Assembly (NCBI GenBank): GCA_951813565.1
Contig: OX638351.1
Location: 672,001 to 736,000 of the forward strand
Reading direction: 5' to 3'
DNA: 64,000 bases
From: an uncultured Poribacteria bacterium
Lineage (GTDB): Bacteria > Poribacteria > WGA-4E > WGA-3G
The position numbers were made by a program, and so were the translations under genes. Positions within the stretch are counted from its first letter, which is position 1. The number at the start of each line of letters is the position of its first letter. This document shows, in pieces, positions 52,282 through 62,439 of this stretch. Under the pieces are notes generated by a model that saw nothing but the letters and a program-made list of their open reading frames with translations, was not told the origin of the DNA and searched no databases.

Positions 52282-53082
52282 ATGAATGCAGATGAAAAAT
52301 ATCTATTTGATCTGAACGGGTATCTCGTTATAAAAAATGTGTTGACCCCTGAAGAGGTCGCATTAGCAAATGAAGCGATTGACAAGCATAGTGAGAACTT
52401 GAATATTCGTCCACGTGAGCAGGCACTTGATGGTGGTTCTGCGGAACTAAGAGGAGAACACGGTAGAGGCGAACTTGGCGGAATGCTCGGATGGGAGGAA
52501 CCGTGGTGCAATCCGTTTCGGCACATGCTTGCACATCCTACACTTGTTCCATATCTCAATGTTATATTAGGTAAGGGTTTCCGCATGGATCATCAGATGT
52601 TTCTGCTTTCTATGGACAAAGGGGCGGAAGGCTTTATTTTTCACGGATCATCCGGTCCTGGGTTTGACCCTAATCAGTATTATATTTTCCGAGATGGGAG
52701 AATGCACAACGGTTTAACCGTTGTCACATTTCAACTCACTGATGTACCACCCGGTGCGGGTGGACTGATTGTCATTCCCGGAAGCCATAAGAGTAACTAC
52801 CCGTGTCCACAAGAGATGCGCCTTTATCAGAAACACCAAGAACACATCCGACAACTCGTTTGTGACGCTGGCGATGTTGCAATTTTCACTGAGGCGGTAA
52901 CGCACGGGACGTTACCATGGACAGCAGATCATCCGCGACGTTCAATTTTAACGCGCTACACTACAGGTAATATGGCTTATGTTCCAGCTTATCCTATCCC
53001 CGAATGGGCAAATGAACGGCAACGGGCAGTTATGGAACCGCCATATCATTCTCGATTAAATCGTCCGACTCTGGAGACGTAA
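52282..53082 (+). CDS. Phytanoyl-CoA dioxygenase (PhyH) family protein
   Basis: FDLNGYLVIKNVL, IPGSHK, GDVAIF.EA.THG.LPW. Confidence 0.88.
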   Translation: MNADEKYLFDLNGYLVIKNVLTPEEVALANEAIDKHSENLNIRPREQALDGGSAELRGEHGRGELGGMLGWEEPWCNPFRHMLAHPTLVPYLNVILGKGFRMDHQMFLLSMDKGAEGFIFHGSSGPGFDPNQYYIFRDGRMHNGLTVVTFQLTDVPPGAGGLIVIPGSHKSNYPCPQEMRLYQKHQEHIRQLVCDAGDVAIFTEAVTHGTLPWTADHPRRSILTRYTTGNMAYVPAYPIPEWANERQRAVMEPPYHSRLNRPTLET

Positions 53083-53102
53083 ACCAAGAAAGGAATTTTA
53101 TA

Positions 53103-54164
53103 ATGTCTTCTTCAACAAGTGCGATTCTCGGATTAGTCTTTTTAGGATTAGCGAATGCGTCAGTTTTCTTGATGTTTAAGTTGTGGGGGTACCCGTTTAA
53201 TCATGAAACACATAAAAGTGAAGCACCGCGATCATTGATGCTGCTACATCGTTGCCTCGGTTATGCGTACGCGATACTTTATATCTTTATGATGTGGCAC
53301 ATGATACCACGCTTGTGGAATTATCAGGTAGAATTACCACCCCGTACTGTTGCACACTTAATGCTCGGTATTACCATTGGTGTGTTAATTCTGCTCAAGG
53401 TTGCTATCCTTCGGTTTTTCCGACATTTTGAGGAAGTAATGCCGTATATCGGTGTATCCTTACTCATTTGTACCTATCTGTTAATAGGGCTATCCGTGCC
53501 GTTCACATTTCGTGAAACTGTCCTAAGGACGCAAACAGGAGCGTTTAGCGAAGAGGGTATAGCGAGAACTCGAAAACTAATTGAAACAGCAGGATTACCA
53601 CCAGAGGCACCACTTGACCAACTTGCATCAAAGCGGAAACTCCGTGAAGGACAACATGTGTTACAACGCAAATGCGTTGTCTGTCACGACTTACGGACGA
53701 TTCTTGTCAAACCACGCACACCACCAGACTGGGTGCGTCTGGTCAATCGAATGGCAATAAAGCCGATGATCGGTGAACCGATTTATAAGGAAGAAGAGTG
53801 GACAGTCTCGGCATATCTTATCGCAATTACACCGGACATTAAGACCGCAGTCAAACAACAACGTGAAGAACAGATGCGGGCAGATGAAGCAAAAGCAGCT
53901 GTCGAAATTGCTACGTCTATTATGGGGGAAGAATCGTCAACTGTTGCAATAGTGGCTTCTTACGATGAGGCAGAAGCAAAAGCACTCTTTGAGGATAAAT
54001 GTTCACAATGTCACCCGCTTTCGGATGTTGAAGATTATCCACCTCGTTCTAAAGAGGAAACAACCGAGATGATTACTCGGATGATCGAAAATGGGCTTTA
54101 TCTTGAAGAGGAAGAAATTGAGTTGATTACGCGTTATGTAAATGATAACTATCTTGAAGAATGA
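53103..54164 (+). CDS. Membrane protein with His-bearing TM helices and two c-type heme motifs
   Basis: Four N-terminal TMs (HR..GY, H..LG); CVVCH and CSQCH. Confidence 0.8.
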   Translation: MSSSTSAILGLVFLGLANASVFLMFKLWGYPFNHETHKSEAPRSLMLLHRCLGYAYAILYIFMMWHMIPRLWNYQVELPPRTVAHLMLGITIGVLILLKVAILRFFRHFEEVMPYIGVSLLICTYLLIGLSVPFTFRETVLRTQTGAFSEEGIARTRKLIETAGLPPEAPLDQLASKRKLREGQHVLQRKCVVCHDLRTILVKPRTPPDWVRLVNRMAIKPMIGEPIYKEEEWTVSAYLIAITPDIKTAVKQQREEQMRADEAKAAVEIATSIMGEESSTVAIVASYDEAEAKALFEDKCSQCHPLSDVEDYPPRSKEETTEMITRMIENGLYLEEEEIELITRYVNDNYLEE

Positions 54165-54204
54165 TAATCATGCAACAAATGGAAATATCATGGAGAAATA
54201 AAAA

Positions 54205-54648
54205 ATGAAAACCTTTACACTTACAACAGAACAGCTGATTGAGAAACCGCGGGATGAGGTTTTTTCATACTTTTCGGATGCACATAACCTGGCAGAAATT
54301 ACGCCGCCATGGCTCAAATTTGTGGTGCTTACGCCTCGTCCGATTGAAATGGAAGTTGGCACCCTGATAGACTACCGTTTAAAGCTCCGTGGTATTCCTG
54401 TTCGATGGCAAAGCGAAATAACAGAATGGAACCCTCCACATTTTTTCGCAGATGAACAACGTAGAGGCCCCTATCGATGCTGGATACATAAGCATACATT
54501 TGTTGAAACTGATGAGGGAACACTTGTAGGAGACGAGGTCGAATACGGTGTGCTGGGAGGACAACTGATCAACAAATTTTTGGTTCGACCTGATATAGAA
54601 AAGATTTTTGAGTATCGTTCACAAAAATTGCTGGAATTATTGAATTAA
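54205..54648 (+). CDS. SRPBCC family protein
   Basis: VFSYFSD..NL..ITPP, F.DEQ.RGPY..W.H.H.F. Confidence 0.88.
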   Translation: MKTFTLTTEQLIEKPRDEVFSYFSDAHNLAEITPPWLKFVVLTPRPIEMEVGTLIDYRLKLRGIPVRWQSEITEWNPPHFFADEQRRGPYRCWIHKHTFVETDEGTLVGDEVEYGVLGGQLINKFLVRPDIEKIFEYRSQKLLELLN

Positions 54649-55148
54649 AGCAACGTCTATAATCATTGATTTAGTCTCTGTAATGATCTTTCACACACAA
54701 TTTTAAATGTAAGAGGCGCAATAAATTGCGCGACTACAAACATGTTTTTTGTTAATTAAAAGCGGTCATTCAAAATAGTATAATATAACGTGAGTTTGAT
54801 AATTAAATTGAATATAATAGGTTGGGTAGAGCGAAGCGAACCCAACAATTCAACCATCTTGACAGTCCTAAAGAGTTGGGTTTCACTTATTTTTCAGAAA
54901 TGTAGACCTCAAATGGGTCAACAACCTCTCTTTAGAGGCTGTTTTTTATTGCCCATTTTCGTTCTATCTCACCGAATGCCATAGGCGCATTCGGTGTTGA
55001 TTCCCTACGGGATTTATCAAATTCACGTTAATATAGGCGCGGTTACAAACCGCGCCTACAAAAAGAGTAGACATATAAGAGCAGTTATAAACCGCCCAAT
55101 CAACGCCTTATACGTGTATGGTATTCGGTGCCTACAGAGGTTCACAAA

Positions 55149-56141
55149 CTATTCGTCAAGCCAACTCATCATACTACGTAAATTTTTTCCTACTTCTTCA
55201 ATTTCCAATGCTGACTCCTGCCGTCGAAGTGCTTGCAGGACTGGTTGATTTGCCTGATTCTCAACTACCCATTCTCGTGCGAAGATACCGCCTTGCACGT
55301 CTTTTAGTATCTGGCGCATTCTGTCCCGAACACTATCGTCAATGAGTTGTGGACCGCGCGTCAGGTCTCCATATTCAGCGGTATTACTAACATCGTTCCG
55401 CATTTTGCTTAAGCCACCAGTATAGATGAGGTCAACAATCAACTTCAATTCGTGAAGGCATTCAAAATATGCCATTTCGGGTTGATACCCTGCTTCAACG
55501 AGTGTATCAAACGCTGCTTTAATTAGGGCAGCAGTGCCACCACAAAGCACAGCTTGTTCACCAAAAAGGTCGGTTTCAGTTTCTTCGCGGAATGTGGTTT
55601 CAATCACCCCAGCGCGTGTGCCGCCGATGCCTCTTGCATAAGCGAGTGCTATATCGCGAGCAACACCTGTTGTATCTTGATGGATAGCAATAAGACACGG
55701 CACGCCACCACCACCTTCAAATACTTCGCGGACGAGAGAACCAGGTCCTTTTGGGGCAATCATGGTTACATCAATATCATCGGCAGGGACAATCTGCCCA
55801 AAATGGACGCTGAATCCGTGCGATACCATCAACATGTTTCCAGCCTGCATATTTGGTGCGATCTCATCACGATACACGGCAGAATGTTTTTCGTCAGGGA
55901 TTAGAATCTGGACAATGTCTGCCATTGCTGAGGCTTCTTCAACTGTTTTGACAGTGATTCCTTCTGCTTCTGCGCGTGCTTTTGAACGGCTGCCTTTGTA
56001 TAATCCAACAATAACGTTCGCGCCGCTATCTTGAAGATTTAGTGCTTGTGCCCTACCTTGCGCGCCATAACCGATGATGGCGACGGTGCGTTCTTTCAGT
56101 AAATCAAAATTGGCATCGCTATCGTAATAAATTGTTGCCAT
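55149..56141 (-). CDS. ilvC: Ketol-acid reductoisomerase
   Basis: [28 protein letters not shown]. Confidence 0.98.
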   Translation of the reverse strand: MATIYYDSDANFDLLKERTVAIIGYGAQGRAQALNLQDSGANVIVGLYKGSRSKARAEAEGITVKTVEEASAMADIVQILIPDEKHSAVYRDEIAPNMQAGNMLMVSHGFSVHFGQIVPADDIDVTMIAPKGPGSLVREVFEGGGGVPCLIAIHQDTTGVARDIALAYARGIGGTRAGVIETTFREETETDLFGEQAVLCGGTAALIKAAFDTLVEAGYQPEMAYFECLHELKLIVDLIYTGGLSKMRNDVSNTAEYGDLTRGPQLIDDSVRDRMRQILKDVQGGIFAREWVVENQANQPVLQALRRQESALEIEEVGKNLRSMMSWLDE

Positions 56142-56426
56142 AAAATCTTTCCTCTCTTGAATCTTAGTAATAACGTCTATCCAGTCTATAGGGTTATTTA
56201 GTTTAAGAATTGCCGGTTGATAAGTTTTACTATGAGTTTAAGTTTTGAGTGGCAGGTGCGGCTTCCTAACCAATGCAGGTAGTTTGTGCCATTCAAGTCC
56301 GCAAACTAAAAGTTTACGCTACAAAATCTTGGTGAATAATGAATCATTCATAATTAAAAACGGTATCTGCATGTCTAAATCTTATAGGTAGCAATTTGGG
56401 TTATATTATACATTGTGCAATCACTT

Positions 56427-57338
56427 TTATTTTACTTTTTCAGGTTGCAGGTTCACAAGATAAATTCCTGCTGCCACTAATCCAGTGCCCACCAATAAGC
56501 TAGCCGTTAGCGTATCGCGTAAGAATAAGTTGCTAAACAATACTCCCGACACCGGCATGAGAAAAGAAAAGACCACCAGTTTGCTTGCTTTGTATTTTCT
56601 TAGCACCGATGTCAAGACTAAAAAGCAGAAGCCTGTGACAATCCATCCTTGGTAAAGCAAACCAGCACTGCTTGCCAATGTCCACTCAATAGGTTTGTTA
56701 CGTTCAAATAGATAGCTTAAAAAGAAAAAAAACGGAATGCTTAAACCTAATAACCAGACGAGGAGTCGATACGGATAAATCTCTTGAACAAACAATTTTG
56801 TCAACGTAATGCGGAATGCAAGCAAACAAGCCGACAACGTTACAATCAAGTCGCCGATGAGATGCTCCACAACACCCACGCCTTGTAGATTCGGTGCGAG
56901 CGCTACAAACATACCGCCGAACGCGGCGAGGATTCCTAATAACTTTGTGGGAGAAAGTCGATCACCCAGAAGCCAGAAATGACCGAACAGGACCACAAAT
57001 ACTGGATACAGTGTATGACAAATAGTAGAACGCGAAGCCGTCGTGAATTGCGTGCCGACATTCATTGTAATTGTATGTAATGCCTGGAGTGCTGCAAGCA
57101 AGAGTAACCGGGGCAACTCCTCAAAACGCAATCGCATTGACACCCCATAGCAGAATCCTATCCCTCCAACAACGATAAGACCTAATATGCTACGCAAAAG
57201 TGCCATTTTCAGTGGTGGGAAGCCTTGCAAACCAATTTTAACAGATAATGATCCCGCACCTAAAAGAGAAACAACAAACAATATGAGGACTATAATCTTA
57301 CCGGAGGGATCTTCATTTCTAAATTCTTTTTCTATCAT
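56427..57338 (-). CDS. EamA/DMT family transporter
   Basis: About 10 TMs, FPP....LR, GD.I, P..GV. Confidence 0.85.
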   Translation of the reverse strand: MIEKEFRNEDPSGKIIVLILFVVSLLGAGSLSVKIGLQGFPPLKMALLRSILGLIVVGGIGFCYGVSMRLRFEELPRLLLLAALQALHTITMNVGTQFTTASRSTICHTLYPVFVVLFGHFWLLGDRLSPTKLLGILAAFGGMFVALAPNLQGVGVVEHLIGDLIVTLSACLLAFRITLTKLFVQEIYPYRLLVWLLGLSIPFFFFLSYLFERNKPIEWTLASSAGLLYQGWIVTGFCFLVLTSVLRKYKASKLVVFSFLMPVSGVLFSNLFLRDTLTASLLVGTGLVAAGIYLVNLQPEKVK

Positions 57339-57889
57339 AAATACTTTCTTGCCTTTGTAGTGCCTCGTGAGCTCCCAATGGTAAGTCCATAGATGAGGGA
57401 CTGTGTTTCCTGTTCTTCTGCGTGGAGGATTGATGTTGCAGCCCCAAATATTACATATTACTTCGATTTCTCACATTTACCTCCGTTGTTTTGATATAAC
57501 CTATCTTTAGAGAGATTGTTCATTGGTAGGTATTGTTTAAGTAATACCACTTCTATATGATAATAGGACATTATTTCGTAGGTCGGGTAGAAGCGTTAGC
57601 AAAACCCGACTTTTTATGGTGTCTGCCCGTTGCATGGCACGTCCTGCACAGTGGCGGGGCACCAAATCAAGAAATCAACGGTATGAATAACATTTAGTTA
57701 TTCACCGGGTATGAATGCCTTATGGCATTCCCCGGGACCCCGCCCTACAGTGGAAAACGCCGCGTAATCATTGCAAATTGAACCTATGTAACCAAATATT
57801 TACACACCCGTGACAATTTGTCAATTAGAAATGATATGATGATATGGGAAAGTAACTAACCGGAGAATTGAAGGCTACACTAACAAGTC

Positions 57890-58387
57890 CTATTTTGTAG
57901 TACCCCGCATCATCGCTACTTTGCCAGTGCGCGATAATTCAAGGATACCGTAGGTATTGAAAATATCTATCGCCGCTTTCAATTTACCCTCATCCCCAGT
58001 AATTTCAAGCACTAAAGAGGCAGGTTTCATATCAATAACACGTCCACGGAAAACCTCTGCAACTTGTAGAATCTCGGTACGTTTTTGCGGATCATCGGTC
58101 GCAACCTTGATAAGAACGAGTTCACGTTCAACATGTGTTCCGGTGGTTAGGTCTGTAACCTCAATAACGTCAATTAACCTATTCAGATGCTGATAGATCT
58201 GATCAATTATCTGTGCATCCCCATGTGTAACAAGCGTCATGTGTGAGATGCTCTTGTCGTGGGTTTCGGCGACGTTGAGACTGTCAATATTAAAGCCGCG
58301 TCCACTAAAAAGTCCCGCCACGCGTGCAAGGACTCCAAATCGGTTTTCAACCAAAACTGAAAAAATATGTCTTTCTTCTTTGCTCAT
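57890..58387 (-). CDS. ilvN: Acetolactate synthase small subunit
   Basis: SVLVEN.FGVLARV.GLFS.RGFNIDSL ACT domain; ERELVLIKV. Confidence 0.96.
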   Translation of the reverse strand: MSKEERHIFSVLVENRFGVLARVAGLFSGRGFNIDSLNVAETHDKSISHMTLVTHGDAQIIDQIYQHLNRLIDVIEVTDLTTGTHVERELVLIKVATDDPQKRTEILQVAEVFRGRVIDMKPASLVLEITGDEGKLKAAIDIFNTYGILELSRTGKVAMMRGTTK

Positions 58388-58777
58388 TTTCTATATTAAC
58401 TTTTACACCGCTTGTTAAATCGGTTGTTGATTTGTAGGTTATTATGTCTGAACCAAGATTAGCAAGATTATAGGATTTTCAGGAATAGCATCTTCTAATA
58501 CCAATTCTATGAATTATTTTCCCTTTTGAAAAATGTAAGAGGCGCAATAAATTGCGCGACTACGAACGGTCTATTTCAAAATAGTTATTTTTGAGACATG
58601 GTATAATGTAATGTCTTTTCACAAGATAGGCATAATTGCTTATCAAGCATTAACATCTATCCGTTGAAAAACATATATCTTCACAGCAATCCTGAAAATC
58701 TGTCAATCCTGAGAATCTTGGTTCAGACATACTACTCAATTAGGGAATAATGCAGTATAATCACATAACACAAGTAT

Positions 58778-60460
58778 TTAGGACAGTCCGCGGATAACAT
58801 CCCCAAGTCCTGCTCCTGCTGGTACCATCGGGAATACGTTCTCCTCTTCATCAACGATAAAGTCAATAACAACAGGACCGTCATTGATTCCTTTTGCTTT
58901 TAGCAATGCAGGCTCAACATCTTCAGGATGTTCAACGCGAAGACCAGTTGCACCGAATGCTTGCGCAAGCAATGCGAAATCGGGGTTGTCGTGATAATCC
59001 ACAGCGGAATAGCGTTTGTGGTGGAAAAGTTCCTGCCATTGCCGCACCATCCCTAAATACATATTGTTGATGATGAAGATTTTAAGTGGCAACTTCATTG
59101 TAATCGCGGGCACTAATTCTTGAATGGTCATAATATATGAGCCATCACCGTTAATATTGACAACGGTTTTGTCTGGACATCCGAGTTGTGCGCCGATTGC
59201 TGCAGGAAGACTGAATCCCATTGTGCCGAGACCACCCGAGTTCAACCATTGACGCGGTTCAGTAAATTTGAAGTATTGTGCTGCCCACATCTGGTGTTGC
59301 CCAACATCCGCTACGACAATCGCATCGCTGTAATGTTTATAAATCTGCTCTATGACATATTGTGGCATCACCTTATCGGCTTTTTGCTCATATTCAAATG
59401 GATACTTCTGTTTCCACTCCTGAATTTGCGTGCGCCATGGGTCAATATCTGCTGTGTCGACCTGCTTATTTAATTCAGTAAGGACATTTTTCGCATCGCC
59501 AACAATTGGAACATCTACGGGTACATTTTTCCCAATACAGGACGCATCAATATCAATATGGATTTTTTTAGCATTGGGAGCGAATTTGTCAAGGTCACCG
59601 GTAACCCTATCATCAAATCTTGCACCGATTGCAATAACGAGATCAGCATCGGTGAAAGCATAATTGGCACAGCAAGAACCGTGCATTCCGGGCATCTCCA
59701 TCGCCAATGGATGTGTTTCGGGAAACGCGCCAAGTCCCATCAATGTGACGGTAATAGGGATACGCGTTTTGAGAGTTAACTCTTGCAGTTCTTTGCTTGC
59801 ATTTGCCAGCACTACACCACCACCAGCATAAAGCATCGGTTTTTCTGCTTCCTTAATTAACGCTGCGGCTTTTGCGATTTGCGCGGGATCACCATGCACT
59901 TGCGGTTTATAACTGCGAATATCAACTGTTTCTGGATACTTAAACAGAGTCTCATTTCTCTGAGCATCTTTAGCAATGTCAATAATAACGGGACCAGGTT
60001 TTCCAGTACTTGCGATGTGGAATGCTTCAGCGACAACGTCTGCCACCTCATCACAACTTTTGATGAGATAACTGTGCTTACATATTGGTCGGGTTACGCC
60101 AATAACATCACATTCTTGAAAAGCATCGCTGCCAATCCAGTGGGTAAACACCTGTCCGGTAATCGCTACCATCGGAATAGAATCCATATAGGCTGTTGCG
60201 ATTCCAGTGACGAGGTTAGTTGCACCTGGACCGGAGGTTGCCAGTGCAACACCAACTTTTCCAGTGGCGCGCGCATATCCATCGGCAGCGTGAGAAACTC
60301 CCTGCTCATGCCGCATCGGAATCAATTTCAATTCTGTTTCGTCGTATAGAGCATCGAAAATCGGCATTGCCGCGCCACCGTTCACACCGAAGATATATTC
60401 GACACCTTCACGTTTGAGACAATCAACCAGGATTCTTGCTCCTGAAAGTTCCATGCCCAT
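58778..60460 (-). CDS. ilvB: Acetolactate synthase large subunit
   Basis: RHEQG, TSGPGATN, GARFDDRVTG, GDGS..M, LGMVRQWQ. Confidence 0.98.
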   Translation of the reverse strand: MGMELSGARILVDCLKREGVEYIFGVNGGAAMPIFDALYDETELKLIPMRHEQGVSHAADGYARATGKVGVALATSGPGATNLVTGIATAYMDSIPMVAITGQVFTHWIGSDAFQECDVIGVTRPICKHSYLIKSCDEVADVVAEAFHIASTGKPGPVIIDIAKDAQRNETLFKYPETVDIRSYKPQVHGDPAQIAKAAALIKEAEKPMLYAGGGVVLANASKELQELTLKTRIPITVTLMGLGAFPETHPLAMEMPGMHGSCCANYAFTDADLVIAIGARFDDRVTGDLDKFAPNAKKIHIDIDASCIGKNVPVDVPIVGDAKNVLTELNKQVDTADIDPWRTQIQEWKQKYPFEYEQKADKVMPQYVIEQIYKHYSDAIVVADVGQHQMWAAQYFKFTEPRQWLNSGGLGTMGFSLPAAIGAQLGCPDKTVVNINGDGSYIMTIQELVPAITMKLPLKIFIINNMYLGMVRQWQELFHHKRYSAVDYHDNPDFALLAQAFGATGLRVEHPEDVEPALLKAKGINDGPVVIDFIVDEEENVFPMVPAGAGLGDVIRGLS

Positions 60461-60515
60461 TTACCTCATAAACGGTAGTAGACACACTCTGTTGTGTCGT
60501 GATTTGTTGAAAGTA

Positions 60516-60830
60516 AAAAACCCTCTCGTTCCACTTTGGAGACGAGAAGGATACGTAAAATAACCTTACCGTGGTACCACTCCAATTCTCTCCCTTGTTT
60601 CAAAGAATAAGGTTTTTACCTTACAGAACAAGGAAAAGCACTCTTGGGATGCAATAACGGACATCACACCGACTAACCCTACTTATCGCGATTCGGAGAT
60701 CGCTCCTACAGTTGTTCAGATTAGCAGCTCCAGGGCGACCTTCAGTCTTTAGGTACTTGGGAAAACCTTTCAGCCAATGAGTCTTCCTCTCTTGCAAGCC
60801 CGGAGGACCTACTCCTCCCCTTCAACGCTT
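60516..60830 (-). ncRNA. T-box riboswitch (probable Val, GUC specifier) with terminator
   Basis: Minus strand: AGTA, AGAGA and GCTGAAAG stem I motifs; GAAG-GTC-G specifier (60737-60739); T-box GTGGTACCACG (60570-60580); terminator hairpin plus U run; upstream of ilvB. Confidence 0.9.
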
Positions 60831-60912
60831 TTTAGTAATCTATTTAATTTTATTACACACCGTTTTTCCTAACAATTACCGGCGTTTGAAATGTATTATC
60901 TGTATCCTTATA

Positions 60913-60941
60913 ATTATAATATCATTAAGAGGAAATGTCAA
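60913..60941 (-). promoter_or_regulatory. Consensus sigma70 promoter of the T-box/ilv operon
   Basis: TTGACA-17 bp-TATAAT on the minus strand. Confidence 0.8.
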
Positions 60942-61035
60942 GAAAATTGTTGACAAACCTCCCAAAAGTTCAGTTGCCGTAGCCTCAATCAGAAGATTGG
61001 GACTACGGATAATGGATTCTTCTAATGAAGGTCAA

Positions 61036-61848
61036 CTATCTTAGGGACTTTATCTGTCCCCACACAACGCTAACTTTATCCGTAGGGTCTACCGATTGTG
61101 CTTCAGCAAAACGATTTGAAATAAGTTCTGCATATTCGGTTGCGACTTGTTCGTTTCCAGGTATTGCAGTGCCGCAACAAGAGGTATGGAAATTGATAAA
61201 CCATCCCTTCATATCTTCTGTTCGATAAGCAATTGGATCGGCATTTGTGCCATCATCTGCATAACTTTCAAACTCAAAATCATTTTGTTCCAAAACATTA
61301 AGACCTGCTGGACGATTCGAAGTCCATTTTTCGAGAGAAGGTATGTACTTTTTACCGAGCTCTGTCGGAGACACGTTTGCTACACTGGCATTGGTAACGG
61401 TAACCCCAAACACCTTTTGCTGTCCTGCTCCCGCTGCGGTAACTCGTGCATTTGCACCAAAATCCCAAAAATAGTAGAAGGGATAATCTCCAATGAAGCC
61501 ACCGATACCACCATCTCTCAACCATGAATAAATTGGGTCCTCTTTACCTTTATTTTCAAAAATTGTTTCAGGTGTATTTCCCTGTGTAAGAATATAGATG
61601 CCTTTCGGGTTCGCATCCATATATTCTGCTAAACCTTCAGCGTCAACAATTTCCGCAGTCAGTTTTTCATCTTGAAGTTTTTCTACAATTAGTTCTGCTA
61701 ACTGTTGTGCCCCCGCCACCCCACCTGTAATACCTAAGCCAGCGCCATTTTCCATTTTTCCATCGTAAACGACAGCGACATCTTGTCCGAAACTGTAACT
61801 CACGAAAGTTAGAGCGATAATTGATACAAAGCAAAATACCCTTTTCAT
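61036..61848 (-). CDS. Secreted hypothetical protein with C-terminal SVDPTDKVSVVWGQIK motif
   Basis: Signal peptide and shared tail motif. Confidence 0.75.
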   Translation of the reverse strand: MKRVFCFVSIIALTFVSYSFGQDVAVVYDGKMENGAGLGITGGVAGAQQLAELIVEKLQDEKLTAEIVDAEGLAEYMDANPKGIYILTQGNTPETIFENKGKEDPIYSWLRDGGIGGFIGDYPFYYFWDFGANARVTAAGAGQQKVFGVTVTNASVANVSPTELGKKYIPSLEKWTSNRPAGLNVLEQNDFEFESYADDGTNADPIAYRTEDMKGWFINFHTSCCGTAIPGNEQVATEYAELISNRFAEAQSVDPTDKVSVVWGQIKSLR

Positions 61849-62050
61849 TGTCCGGTCCTCCTAATTAGGAACTCAAATTGGTTTTAACATTATTGAATCT
61901 TCGCTTGATGATTCAGTATAACACGTTTGGACAGAATATTATAGTAAATTGTGATTCAGCATTCAACGATTCATCTTCAGTTTCTGAAAGAATCGTTGGT
62001 TGTGTAGGTGGATGGGAAGTCGGCAGCGTGTGGATGCTATTTAGGAAATA

Positions 62051-62418
62051 GGGGCAGATTGGGGACCGCCCCATAAGTGTAAACTTAAGAAAAAAATGCT
62101 GGCTCATCTCTTGTGGGAGGGCTTTCTAAGCCCGATTTTGCGAGACTCAAGCTGTTAAATCCAAATCAACGCAGCATGCGCCAAATCAACGCAGCATGCG
62201 CCAAATCAACGGTATGAATGCCATTGAGGCATTTGGCGGGTATGAATGCCTGTTGGCATTCCCCGTCCGGCATGCTGCCAAATCAACGCTGAATGCGCGT
62301 TAGGCATTCAGCCAAATCAACGCAGCATGCGCGTATGGCATGCTGCGGGGTTGAAAACCCTTCCACAAGAAGAAATTTCCTTAAATTGACACCTATGGGG
62401 CAGATTGGAGACCGCCCC
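62051..62418. mobile_element. MITE-like element between duplicated REPs containing a dense array of hairpin-TGATT units
   Basis: CATAAGTGTAAACTTAAG...CTTAAATTGACACCTATG flanked by two GGGGCAGATTGG.GACCGCCCC copies; five CCAAATCAACG within 62161-62321. Confidence 0.7.
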
Positions 62419-62439
62419 TATAAAACGTCAAATCGGATT

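Noticed and set aside
57345..57490. Possible leader peptide or gene remnant upstream of eamA (GGAGG RBS on the minus strand)
   Set aside because: Only a 7-codon frame follows the RBS and nothing recognisable is encoded
62161..62346. CRISPR-like array of CCAAATCAACG
   Set aside because: Spacing is irregular and the intervening sequences are themselves repeated hairpin arms, not unique spacers
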